DNA of 64,000 nt, from assembly GCA_010405405.1 (NCBI GenBank), contig MU004233.1, positions 127,067 through 191,066 of the forward strand. Direction: 5' to 3'. This document shows, in pieces, positions 13,582 to 25,899 of this stretch; the stretch's first letter is position 1; every line of letters starts with the position of its first letter. The notes under the pieces are model-generated. The model did not search any database, was not told the DNA's origin, and worked only from the letters and a program-made list of their open reading frames with translations. This DNA is from Microthyrium microscopicum. Lineage: Eukaryota. Both the position numbers and the translations under genes were made by a program.

Positions 13582-15712
13582 TTATGGCGGAGCCGGGTTA
13601 CTGGTAGGCGCCGTTGTCTGGCTCCCCGGTGCAGCGTTGTTGAACCATTGCGTGATTTGTCCTGGTATCCAGCTTTGTCGATTGTTGTTGTTCTTCTTCT
13701 GTTCCTCATTAAGTAGTCGAAGAGGTCGCATCTTGTTGCCGGATAACACTTGACGATCGTCTTTGCTGCCTAGACTACGCGGTGGGCTGGGTGTATCGAT
13801 GGATGGGCCATTGTCTGATGATTCACCACTACCGTTCAAGGCATCTAGAGCTTGCTTTCGAGCATTTTCCGAACCTGAGCCATCCACGGAGTTGGCAGAT
13901 GATGAGAGTCTGCGCTCGGATTCTGAGGCTGTCGTTGGTCTAGGTCCAGAAGGTACCCGGTTGAACATAAATGAGGCTCGTGGAGAGCCAATACCAGGGC
14001 GATTTCCCATAGGCATATCTTCCTGATCGCCTCCGCGGGTCATGTTGCTTACTACAGCCGCAGCACCAGGCATATATTCCCCACTAGTTTGCACACGTCG
14101 AGGCAGCGCCATGCTATGGCGTTGCGACTGATTGCGCTGTAGGGGAATACGTGGAGCTGTATCCGGGTCTTCAGTGACGCTAGGAGCAGTTCTTGCTGGC
14201 ACCATGGATTGAGGCCGTGGCCGTGATCGTGATCCTCCATATGCAATCGACTTGACTCTTTGCAAGACACCTTGCGGTTCAGCATCATCATTCTCTTGCT
14301 GGACAGGTGGCGGAGGTGGCAATGCCTTGTCTTTGGGAGGTGGTGGTGGTGCACCAGCGCCAGAGTCCGTAGGCACCGCTTCATCATCATTAGTGCTGAG
14401 AATGCTTTCGAATCCGCCTTGGTGCTGGAGGATGCGCTCAATAATCCTGTTGATATATAACGTCAAAGCTCTGTTTTCAGCTTTTTGTCGCTCAACTTCG
14501 AGCTCGAGACGGCGCGTATGGTCGCCATCCGTACTTGTTTCATCGTCCTCTGCAACAGCTGAGAGTTCATCAGCCAAAGACGCACCCAGTGCGCTGTGTG
14601 ACCCAAGGCGTCCATTTGCAGCATCCCCTGCCTTTTGTGTGAAATCTCCATTCAGTGTCTTCTCCATCAACAGCGTTTGGAAGCTCTCGTTTTCTTCCAT
14701 CAATCGGGCATTTGTGACACGTGCTTCCATAAGTGCTCTTTCTAAATCTTGGGCTCGTCCTCCTCCCTTGTTCTCAAGCTCCATCAACTTTATTTGAAGT
14801 TCAGCAAGCTCAAGTCTGAGCTCTTCAATGATCTTGTCCTTTTGCATCACCAGCTTGGAATTATTTCGGAACGAATTGTTGCGTGTTAAACTGGGCGGCG
14901 CAAAATGATTTGCATCAAGAGTTGGGGATGATGAACCTGTTGTTCAGTTAGTTGCCATTAAACACGTAAGGAAGCGAGCGCATCGTCAATGTGATAAAAA
15001 AATGTGTATGTTTTTCATCAAAAAGACATTGTAGTCGATTGAACACACCTTTAGAAAAGTCAGAATCGTTACCACTCAGCCCTTTGGATTCCTTTTGCGA
15101 CAACGAGTCTTTGAGTCGCTGTATGATGCTCTGGAGCTCTTCTTCACGCGCGTTCGTCACATCCTTCTCCTTCATCACAGCAGCTCTTTCCGACTCATAG
15201 ATCGTCTCCAGCTCGCGCTTCTGTTTGAGGAGATCGCGCTTCTCGTTCTCCAATATCTCCGCGCGCTCTTCATCTTCGTGCACCTTCTCCTCTAGCTTTG
15301 ATTGTTCCTTGGTCGCGTCATCAAGACGTGCTTGAAGCGCATCATTCTGCCGCTTAGCTTCCAGCGTGGCCTGTTCAGCCAGTTGCAGTTGTTCTTTCAA
15401 ATCAGCCATTGCAGACGCGACCTCTGCCCTTGATTCTTCGTCCTCGGATTCGTTTCGTTGCAAAGCCGAGTTTGGTTTCTTGACAGCCGCGCGGGCAGAA
15501 ATGGGGTTTCCAGCAGCGTTGCGCAAGGACCTTGATCGTCCGACCGAGGCAGCAGCGGACGAGTTTGCGGCGGCGCTTGGCTTGGAATTGGATTGTATGG
15601 TATGCGGCGAAGCTGGACGACGTGTATTTGAGGTGCCAGTTGGTGTTAGTCGGCCGGCGGAGGCGGAGGTGGCAGATAGGGGAGTCTTCTTAGGAGTTGT
15701 GTTTGATGCCAT
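13582..15712 (-). CDS. Coiled-coil protein (fungal 'M protein repeat'-type) with S/P-rich disordered ends
   Basis: ORFs 14948-15718 and 13582-14850 joined by intron ~14937-15048. Long E/K/L heptad segments; KDKIIEELRLELAE, NARLMEENESFQTLL, NRALTLYINRIIERIL, NKMRPLRL. Confidence 0.85.
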
Positions 15713-17006
15713 GGACACGGGTGCCTGCAGCAGTACAGGGAGATTGGCAGGCGATGGTAGAAGGGGGCAAGGTAAGGATTTGCGGGACCGAGCACGAGCT
15801 TGCTATAGGAGGTGAAATATATGTTCCGACAGAGAAAGTAGTGGAGTCATTTGATGTTAACTTAGGGATGCGGAGAGTTATGGTTGTTGTGTTGCTAACG
15901 GTTGAGAAGTTGATGTTGGATCCCCGTCATTCGCTGACAACTGACAACCTTAGGCCAGTGCAGTGCCACTTGAATCTAATCTCAATTCGGCAGTTGAATC
16001 CATATCGAACCTCAATTTAAGCGACTTCCATCTTGAACTTACTCCAAAGAACCGACCGCCATGAGATTGCGGCAATCCAACGTAAATATTATCTTAGATT
16101 CAGGTTCGCTTATATTGAAGCCATGAACTGAGTCCGTTTTGGGACAGTGTTTGTGGCTCTGTTACTGTTACAGAAGGCAGTGCTCTATTTTTGACATTTG
16201 TACCTGACCACCCGCTCTCCGCGTTACTGTACCTCTGTGTCTCTTAAGGTTGTCATCAGTGATTTCAAAAGTAGCTGAAATCTTGGTTTTCTGTCCCTTT
16301 GAAAACCATCTCATCTATTTCGGCATTACATCAGGATTTGCTCACAATACCTGATTCCGGACATAAAAGGTAGGGCAGCGGGCCTTTCACGCTCTCAAAT
16401 TAGGAGCATGGATAACGCGTCTAGAGTCACTATCTTCAAGAAAAACCGGTACCTATTCACGCGTCGCGCCATACACGAGTCCCTCATGGTTGTGTTTCAC
16501 GTGTTGTTGGGTTCACATTTCAACGACATCCCTATTTCTTCATTCCAAGGAGTTGAGATTGGATTCAGGTATTATTGGCAGAAACAAACAAATTGCTTGT
16601 TTATTTGATGCCCATTTCCTGGTATCCAGGCAACAGTTTTCTGCCCTGTAGCTCACAAATGGCGTGCAACTTTCGTTAGCCAAACCCCCAGAGAATCTGA
16701 CATTTATAGGCAGCAGTAACAAGTGCGTGAACATCTCGCTGGCTACTAAAGTAGAACTTCCTGGGTTCCAGAACCGTTCACGCACCATCTAGGGGAGTAT
16801 AGTGTACAGGTGAAGGTCGTTGCTAATGTTGATGATCCGCAATGATATTGGATCAAGTATCCATCAAAATGAGGTAAATGTTGTCGGTAATGCCTACGAA
16901 CAGTACGTGTTCACGCAAGCCTTTCGCGGTGTCTAGTGCCTTCAGCGGCCTAGTGGGCTAACAAAGTTCCGCTTCACTTTTTGAGAGCAAACAAAGTGTT
17001 TGGCCA

Positions 17007-17025
17007 CCTTAGCGGAACCCTAGGT
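17007..17025 (+). repeat. Left terminal inverted repeat
   Basis: CCTTAGCGGAACCCTAGGT; reverse complement at 35306-35324 with 1 mismatch. Confidence 0.9.
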
Positions 17026-17499
17026 ATCCGCACACCAACCTTACACCATGTTCACACCAAAAAATATTCCACACCATATAAATAAACACACTAAATAAAT
17101 ACAGTGTTTTAAAAACTTAATAGTATAGATTTAAACACGTATAGAAAATATAAAACAGTATATAAATTTTCTACACGGTATATTTTTAAAAACATAGTAT
17201 AAAAATAAGAGTCTAATTATATAGATTTAGATACTAATAATATAGAAATCTAAAGCAGTATAGGAATTCACATTTTATCTCTAGCTCTTCTAATCTACTC
17301 CTACTTAACCCTAAATACTAGCCTAATTACTACTAATTATTATAAACTAATTAAATAAATTAATTATTTATATTGCTTCTACTACTATACTAGATCTTAC
17401 AAAGTTTACAAACTATAATCTATTATATTCCAACTATCTAATTAAACTACTTACCTTACTACTCCCTCTACCTCTCTACTACTACAACTAAGCTAAGCT

Positions 17500-19700
17500 A
17501 AGCTAGCTAAATACAACGTTAGTCTTTAATCTATATACTAAGATTAACTAAAAATAATAGCGAAGGAGTAATAAGAGATAGTAAATTATATAACGTTTTA
17601 TAGAGAGAGAAAGTATATAACTATAATTACTAGAAGTTCTAATTAGTAGAGATCTTAATAAATTAAATACCTAAGGAATATAAAGATTAAGTTTAGTTTA
17701 ATACTAAGAACCATTAGAAGCTACCCTTAAGTTTAAGTACTTATAAATTAATATTAGCTAGTATTACTTTAACTACTATAGCTAAAAATGTAAGAAATAC
17801 ATCTAAAGCTAAGATATAGTTAGATTATATAAAGCTAAAAGACGTAATATCTATAGTATTAAGAAAAGGTACTTTTAACTTTATATCTAGACTTACTAAT
17901 CTTATAATATCTATAGTATTAAGAATTATAGGATGCTAAGTCTATTAATCTTATAATATCTATAGTGTTAATAATACTATAAAAGCTACTAATATTATTA
18001 TAATACTTATAGTATTAAGTAAAATAAGAGTATAACCTAGTATATAAAGGGTTAGTAATAATTTATTTTAAGCTAGCTATAACTAACTTCTCTATACTAC
18101 TATAAGTACTTATTAGATAATAAGGTACCTATATTAGTTAATTTTAGCTTAATATAAGTAGACTTTATATATATATAACTTACTAGGAAAGTTATAAGTA
18201 TTATAATCTTTTATATAATATAAGAAAAGATAGGTTAGTATACTATAATCTAAGCCTTAAAAATTATTAACTATTAATAATACTACTATAATTTGCTAAA
18301 ACTATAAGTCTTAGCATATTATAGTTATTATAAGAGATAAGTATAGAAATTTAGTTATATAGTAGATAATAATAAACTAAGGAAGCTATAGGTCTTAGTA
18401 TATTATAGTAGAATTATTAATAATTAAGAAGTTATAAAGAGGCTAGGTAGAAATATTATATAGTATAGTGCACTAATATTAAGACTCTTTAGAAGAAGAT
18501 ACTCTACCTAATATATATAGTAAAGATATAATATATAGATAAACGTTAGTATAGATATAGAATAACTTATATAAAATTTAATAGTAGTAGTAAAAGGATA
18601 GCTAAGAGGGTAGAGAGATAGATAAACCTTTAGATATTTAAGGTTATATAGTATTATACGTAGTTCCTATTATCTAGTATTAGCTAAGACTAAATTAAAG
18701 ATAGTAGAGTAAGGATAATAGAATTATACCAAAATATAAGCACTATAATAAGAATAGGCTAAGCAACGAGAATAAGCTAAGGTAGTAGTTAGTAAGTAGT
18801 AATATAAATAGATATAAGATATAGAGGAATTAAGATTAGTATATAGCTTCTTACGTAGATATAAATTAGTTATTAGTAGCTTTTAAAGGATATTTAGATA
18901 GCTTAAGTATACTAAAAGATAAATCTATAATTTATTAATACGTTTTAGTAGTAGTACTTACCTTAATTCTTAGTATAAACCTTAATAGTATAGATTATAT
19001 TAAATTATTTATATAAGAGTAGGTAACTAATATATATATAATAATCTAAAGTAGATAAATAAGTTAAGGTAAGAGAGTATTAAGTAAGTAGATAATAAAA
19101 ATACTATACTATAAACCTATTTATATTAGACTAGTATCTATAGTAAAGGCTTACTATAGTATATACTTAAAGTTATATAAATTTAAAAATAGAGGTATAA
19201 TATACAATAATAAAGCTAAAGCTAAAAGCGTTAGAATCTAAAGTATAAGGTATTAAGTAAGAATAATATACTATAAAATAATAGTTAGTAGTAATAATAT
19301 TAATAAGTAAGGGTTTATAGTTCTTAAATTATTTAGATAAGAAGTTAAAGTAGGCAATAATAAATATCTAGATTAAGTTAATATTAAAGATCTACGTTAG
19401 TTAGTAACTAGGTTAATTAGTATCTAGTAGTAAGCTAAAAAAGTATATAAAGTAGTAGTTCTTTTATCTAAATATATATAGTAGGCTTTAGACCTTACTA
19501 GGTAGAAGAAATAGGCAAAGTATATTAAAGTAAACGTTTTAGTAGTAAATACTAAGTAAGTATTAATAATAATAGGTAGTAAGATATAAATATAAGTCTA
19601 ATTTAAGACATTAATTTAGAGAGAAAGACTAAGTATACTTATAGTTCTTATTAGGTGTATCTAGGAACTAGAATTTAAGGATAAACAAACTAGTAGACTA
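17500..19700 (-). pseudogene. RIP-destroyed multi-exon gene relic inside the transposon, product unknown
   Basis: Minus-strand GTAAGT donor at ~18961, several CTAAC/CTAAT..YAG acceptors and a codon-like repeated peptide (Y[TA]KTYSF twice, ~18240-18405). Boundaries approximate. Confidence 0.35.
17844..18020. repeat. Four dispersed copies of TAATATCTATAGTATTAA-like unit at ~50-60 bp spacing
   Basis: Units near 17845, 17905, 17954 and 18001. Confidence 0.6.
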
Positions 19701-19829
19701 AAAATAGAGTAATAAAAAAAAGAGATAAATAGATAGAATAAGTAAGCTAGTAAGCTTAAAGAAGAGATATATAAAGGGCAAAGTAATAGTCTAATAGCGC
19801 TTCTATATGTAGGTTAAAGTATCTAAAGC

Positions 19830-22800
19830 TATAAATAGTACTATTTAATATCGTGTTAATATTCCTTACTCTTATAAAAACTTAATCTCTTAATTATTAT
19901 ATAAGAAGCAAGTACTAGTCTTTACTTAAGTCTTTTTAAGAAGACTTATATAATTACTAACTAACTTTTTAACTAGGATAATATATAACTTTTTTAGCTA
20001 AATTATAAGTAAACTAATTATAATAGTAGTATTACCTATCTTAAGTATAAAGAGATTAGTAATATAGTCTATACTAAAAAGCTTCTTATAAAGTATAACT
20101 ATAAAGAATACTTAATAAGTACTATAGTAAATACCTTAATAAGATATAATCTACTTAATATAGCTAATATAAATACTATTTTATATATACTTTATAAAAT
20201 CTTTCTAATTAAAAATAATATAATACTTAGAGATACTATAAATATTAGTTACTTAGTTATAAACTTATAATATAGATAGAATATAACTTATAAATTATTA
20301 TAGCTAAGCTAATGCTACTACTATAGGCTTTTAATAAAATCGTTAATCTAATACGTATAGTTAGTAGTATATATAGTAATAAGACTAGAGTAAGAGTAGC
20401 TAACTATCTTATTATCCTTAGTTACTAAACTAAGCTATTTTTTAGTATACTTAATAAGAATTTAATTTTAAATTATTATATTTAGATAGCTAGCATCTTA
20501 TATAATTAAAAAAAGCTTAGTATTAACATCTTTCTCTCTATACTCTAATTAAGGAAGAATTAACTTAAATAGAAGAGGATAATATTTATTAAAGTCTTAA
20601 ATAATCTTTATAATTTCTAAATTATTATTCTTATATCTATTAAGTATAATAGCGTAAATAATTTATAAGATTATATTAAGAAATAGTAAATCTTATTCTA
20701 GATTCTAAAAATTAGTAGTATAAATTAAATCCTTAAGAAATTTATATAAATCTTTACTAAATAGAGTAGAATTATTAGTAAGTAGGCTAAAGAAGCAAAT
20801 AGTATCCTTATAATATAAGCTAAAATATATATTAGAGTAGTACTAATTTATATAAAGTTATTAACCTTTAATTATCTCTAACTCTATAATATATCAAGTT
20901 AAACTAGTCTAAAGATTCTTACTAATATCTTATACTATAAGGTTTATTATAAAGTAAGTAGAAGTATTAAGTTATATTAAAAGCCTAATTAAAATAAGTA
21001 AAAATAGCTTACTTTATAGGTTATTCTCTATACTAATTGTACTAGCTTTAAGTAGAGTTTAAATTTAGTATATCCTTAAGATAGTTTAGCTTTACGTTAT
21101 AAAATATAAGCTATATATTTAACTAAGTAAAGAAGCTAATAATAGTAATAATTATATTAATAGTAGATAGTTTATAAATATAAGCTTTAAGTAGGCTATC
21201 TAGAGTAATAATAAACTTCTTTTAAATATACTTCTTAAAAAACTAAGTTTAGAGTATAACTAGAATAATAATTAACTAATAAGCATATTCTAAAAGTTAA
21301 TAGCTTCTAAGATAGTTAATTAGAGACTATAGCTAATACTATTTAAGAAGAAAAGAGAAGACTTATAATTTCTAAGTATACTTAGTTTTTATAAAAGAAG
21401 TAAAGATAAATTATAATAGAAGTTTATATATTATTTTTATAATACTACTATACTTAGAGTATACTAAGTCTAGTAAATAAGTAGAGATTAGATCTAAGGC
21501 TAAAGTAATATAAGTTATAAGATATCTAGTAAAGAAAAGTCTATTCTTATAAAAGAAGTTAACTTTAGCTAATTTTATTTATAAGCTATTTATTTTCTTA
21601 TAAGCCTTAAGAACCTTATAATAGTAGTTACCTATATAGACTATATTAAAGTTAAGTTCTTATTACTTCTTATTAGTAACCTTATAATATCAATAGCTAT
21701 AGATAGTAGTAGTTCTTATTATACTAGAATTCTTTTATTACTAAGGGAAGTCTATATAGAAGCTAATAATAAGAGTATATATAAATATATTAATACTATT
21801 AACCTTTATAACTACTCTCTAATTTATATTACGTATAGTATATAGAGTTTTATAAATATCTTTAAAGTTTAATCTATATAGACTAAATATAATAATTAAG
21901 ATATTAGCTTAATAAGATTATTCTTTAAAGTTAAAGCTACTAATAAAAGCGTATATACTTATAAGTAAATAATATATATTTTAATATAGACTAAAGCTAT
22001 TATTATAGAGCTAGATAGGAATAGATATAACTAGTATTAAAAATAAAATAAATTTAGCCTTAAGCTTAGTATAAAAGAAGTACTAGATTTTAAGCTCTAT
22101 ATAAATTAGATAAGATTTAAAGTAAGGCTAAAGCTTTTTATCTTTACCTATAATTTGCTAAATTATAAAGGTAGCTAATAATTAGAATATTAAATACTAA
22201 GAATATTTAGAACTAAAGTTATAGTCTATAGATACTTAATTATATCTAATTACCTAACTCTTAAGAATAAACTTATTATACTTATTATCTTTAATAAGAA
22301 ATAGCTTAGTAGTAGATGCATTAGCTAGGAAATCCTTAATACTAAAGTAATCTAGTATATTAGCCTTTTCTACTTATTAAATCTAAATAATAATATAGCC
22401 TTAAGGCCTAATATAGGTACGCTTTAAACGCTTATTAAGTCTAATTGCTACTATATAACTAATATAACCTTTAGTAGTAGAGAAACTATCTTTACTATAG
22501 TAAAGGCAAGATATATTATAATACTAGTAATAAATAAAGTCTAATAAAAAGACTAAATCTTCTTTATTACTCTAATAAAAGGTAAACTTACTAAAAGTAA
22601 TATAAATAAATAAAGACTAAGCTAAAGCTTTCTATAGCTTAACTAAATTATTAATAAAGTAACTTATACTTTTATAATATTTCTTATAAAGAGAAGGACA
22701 CTATAGAAAGCGCTTAAAATACTCCTATATATTATAGAAGTATAAGTACTTATCTTTAGCCTTTTCTTCCTCTTTCTTAAACTCTAATAATATTAGCTAA

Positions 22801-23059
22801 ACGTCTTATAATAAGGTAATTAGCTACTTTTAGATTTTAAGGTATAAAAGTTAGCTAGTTATATGCTCCTTTAGATAGCTAAGCAATTTTAGAAGATATT
22901 TAAGAAGTATATATAGTATAAAATATCTAATAAGTATATAAATAGTTAAATACTTCTTATAAAAGATTTTAGATAGAATATACTAAAGGCTAAGGCTAAT
23001 TTTAAACTCTAATAGCTAAAGCTTATTTTAGAGGTATAGTACGACCTTTAACTTATTAT
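19830..23059 (-). pseudogene. DDE transposase, catalytic and C-terminal part (RIP-mutated)
   Basis: One minus frame reads NNSFSLY*NIYYLL, FSLYRLNFKD, DFP***KNSS..SY*YY and ALDLISTYLLDLVYSKY. A shifted frame reads SNIYFSLYY..FSKDLYKF. Reversing C>T/G>A gives DGFGLYRNMYHSL, GPHGSNFED, DFPQQQKNSG..GCRYC, DPAHSEY and PNMHFGLHY..GEDLHK, i.e. the D..D..DxxH..E layout of CMC-type transposases. Confidence 0.85.
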
Positions 23060-23286
23060 TGTAATGATTCCTCTTTATAGGCTTTATAGTAGTATTATAA
23101 GAAAGATCTTGTTATAAGATTACGCGCTAGACCTAAGGGGGTTAGCGCGCTTAAGGATCTACTAAGCGAACTTACTTCCCTCGTAGATCTATAGCTCTTC
23201 TAAATCTTCTTCTCTTTCTCTCCTATTTGTAGATTCTAGAATATAATCTAATTATCTACTTGCTCTAAGTCTTATAGCTCGTTATA
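23060..23286 (+). repeat. 5' LTR
   Basis: Colinear with 30485-30711; differences are almost all C/T or G/A transitions. Confidence 0.95.
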
Positions 23287-23949
23287 TAATTTATAAACTA
23301 TTTAACTACCTATACGCTTATATTACGTACCTTAGAATTTATTTCTAAAAAAGCGTCTATATAGATTAATATCCTATACGTATAGTCTTAGACCCTATTA
23401 AAGATCCTTTATAGATTTACTAAATCTATTAGCCTTGCTAACTTTTTATCTAATTAGAGCATTAAGATTCTTTAATACTCTTTAACTTATTAATAGTCTA
23501 AACGTTAATTGCCTCTTATTCTTAGTTCTATAGAATACTAAAGTTTGTCTTCTATATTATTACTAAATATTTATAATTATACTTAATATACTTACTATTA
23601 AAATGCGCTAAATAAATAAGCGTTTCCTTCTAGTACTCTTCTTTATTATTTATAATTATAGCTAATAAGGCTCTTAACTAATAGACTTAAGTTAATAGCT
23701 ATATAGCTTGCTTACTATCTCTAATTACTTATACTTAGCTTAATAATTAGCGCCTATCTTTATCTCTTATATACTTACGTTATCTATCTCTATCGTATTA
23801 TCTCTTTGCTATATATACTAAGTATTAAAGTAGACCTAATATTTAAGATATAGTATAATTAGATACTACCTAGAAAGTAGTAAATTTAGTAGAGAGCATC
23901 TTAAGACTATTAAAATTATTAAAACTAGACTTAAGAGCATTATTAGAAG

Positions 23950-25890
23950 ATAAAGATAAGTTAGAAAATGATTATCTATTAGAATAAGGCTATAAAGATA
24001 AAGAGACTAAAGTATTAGAAGACGTTCCTTAAAATACTAGTTAAATAACTTTACTAAACTAAATAAATATAGGAGATAACTAGTTGCTAGCTTCTTTTTA
24101 ACCTAATAATAATACTAGACTTTCTTTTAGAATATATAAATAGTTAATAAAACTACGTTAGTAAGCTAAAAGCTTTAGAGTACTATTTATATTAATATTT
24201 TACTATCTTATAATAATAGACTTTAATTAACTAGTTACTTTAACTATTAATAAGAATTCTCTAATTTTCTAAGTTACTTAAGTACGAAAGATACTTAGTA
24301 AAGAAGGTAATAAGCTAAAAGATATAGGAGTATACCTCTATTATAAAGAAAAGTAATTAGATCTCTATTATTACTCTTATTACTTAATTAAATTAGGTAT
24401 AGACCTAGAATATTTATTAAAAGAAGAGCTTATACTAAATAACTTAATTATATAGCTTTACGCCTCTTTATTAGCTTCTTAAATTATAGCCTACCTCTTT
24501 AAAATTAAGTAGAATATAAATACTTATAATATAAACTTAATCTATACTCTCTAGGAAGAAGCTCTAAAAGCTTAGAGAGAGATATAGGACTTAGCTAAAA
24601 CTAATAATAAATGCGTAAAGTAGATTACTTACCTTAAAGCGTAAATCTAAGATAATATTATTACTTTTAAGGAAATAGCAACTATTTACTAAAAGGTATA
24701 AGAATTATAATATAATAATAATCTACTTAAGGAAGTACTTACTACTTATGTTAATAAGATTAATAAATACTATAAAGCTCTATAGAAAAAGGTAGATAAA
24801 GCTACTATTTTTTAAGCCTAGGTTAACGCCCTTTAAAAGAAACCCTTAGCTATTAAGGTAACTAATTCCTATTTTAATTATAATAAGTTAGTAGATAATA
24901 ATCTATTTTACTAAACTTCCTTAGCTTAAAATATAGACTAACCTAACTTAAATATATTTCTAAGGGTACTAGACTTATATTAAATTATTTTTTTCTTTAA
25001 CTTTAACTTAGTTAGTAGCGCTTCTCTTCTTAAAGTATAGAGTAATAAGCCTTTACTTTTTTTAAGGAAAGATAAGTAAAAGTATTACGCTTAGAAAGGT
25101 AAGGTACTAGATTACTTAGATAATAATACTTAAGTCTACCTTATTAAAGCCTTTAAGATCTAAGTTATTTAAAGAGTAATAAAGAATTAAGCGTTTAGTA
25201 CTATTAATAAGTAGAGTAACTATAAGTTAACTAACTTATATTTATTTATTATAAAAATATAGTCTAATTTAGATTATAAATATAGTATTAAGGATAGCTA
25301 TATTACTACTAAAACCTAGCTTAAAAGTTAAGAAGCTATAATAAAGCTTATTAAGAAACTTAAAGAGTTTTTAGCCTACTTCTTAGAAAATTTATATAAA
25401 GCTAAGCTAAGTAATTAAGATAAGATTATTAAAATATAACCTCTCTTACTTTTAAAGTTTATAAAGAGAGTACTCTTTATAGAATTAAAGACTTTTACTA
25501 ACTTCTTAGAAAGCTTATATACTATAGTTTATTATATTAAATATATTTTCTCTATAAATCTATATAGCTATAATAATAATAATTATCTAGTAGCTAAAGA
25601 TAGTAGATAGAAGCCTAAATATAACTATTCTTTAGAAATTTATAATACGTTAAAGGTAGATAACTACTATATAAAATATAGCAAAAAGGGTTATAGCTAC
25701 TAATAAAATAAAGCACTATATAAAGATAGAGATACTTTATTAAATATTAAGATATAACTAAAGGTTATAGCTATTATTATAAAGTTTATTATTATCTATA
25801 ATTAAATTACTACTTAATCTCCTTAGTTCCTAATTATAAAAGATAATTATAATAAGTATAATTATAGTAATAATATAGAAAACTAAAAGC
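23950..25890 (+). pseudogene. gag relic
   Basis: Decayed CCHC knuckle at ~25660-25710 (YIKYSKKGY = CxxCGKKGH). Ends at an AGAAAAC-TAA slippery-like site ~25877-25886. Start approximate. Confidence 0.55.
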
Positions 25891-25899
25891 TCCTTTATA

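Noticed and set aside
14252..15815. Long plus-strand ORFs opposite the coiled-coil gene (likewise opposite UGGT, MFS and the TM genes)
   Set aside because: Antisense shadows of real coding sequence.
16408..16788. Short ORFs left of the transposon as a severed 5' part of the HET gene
   Set aside because: I could not find a frame or splice path across the empty site into the HET ORF.
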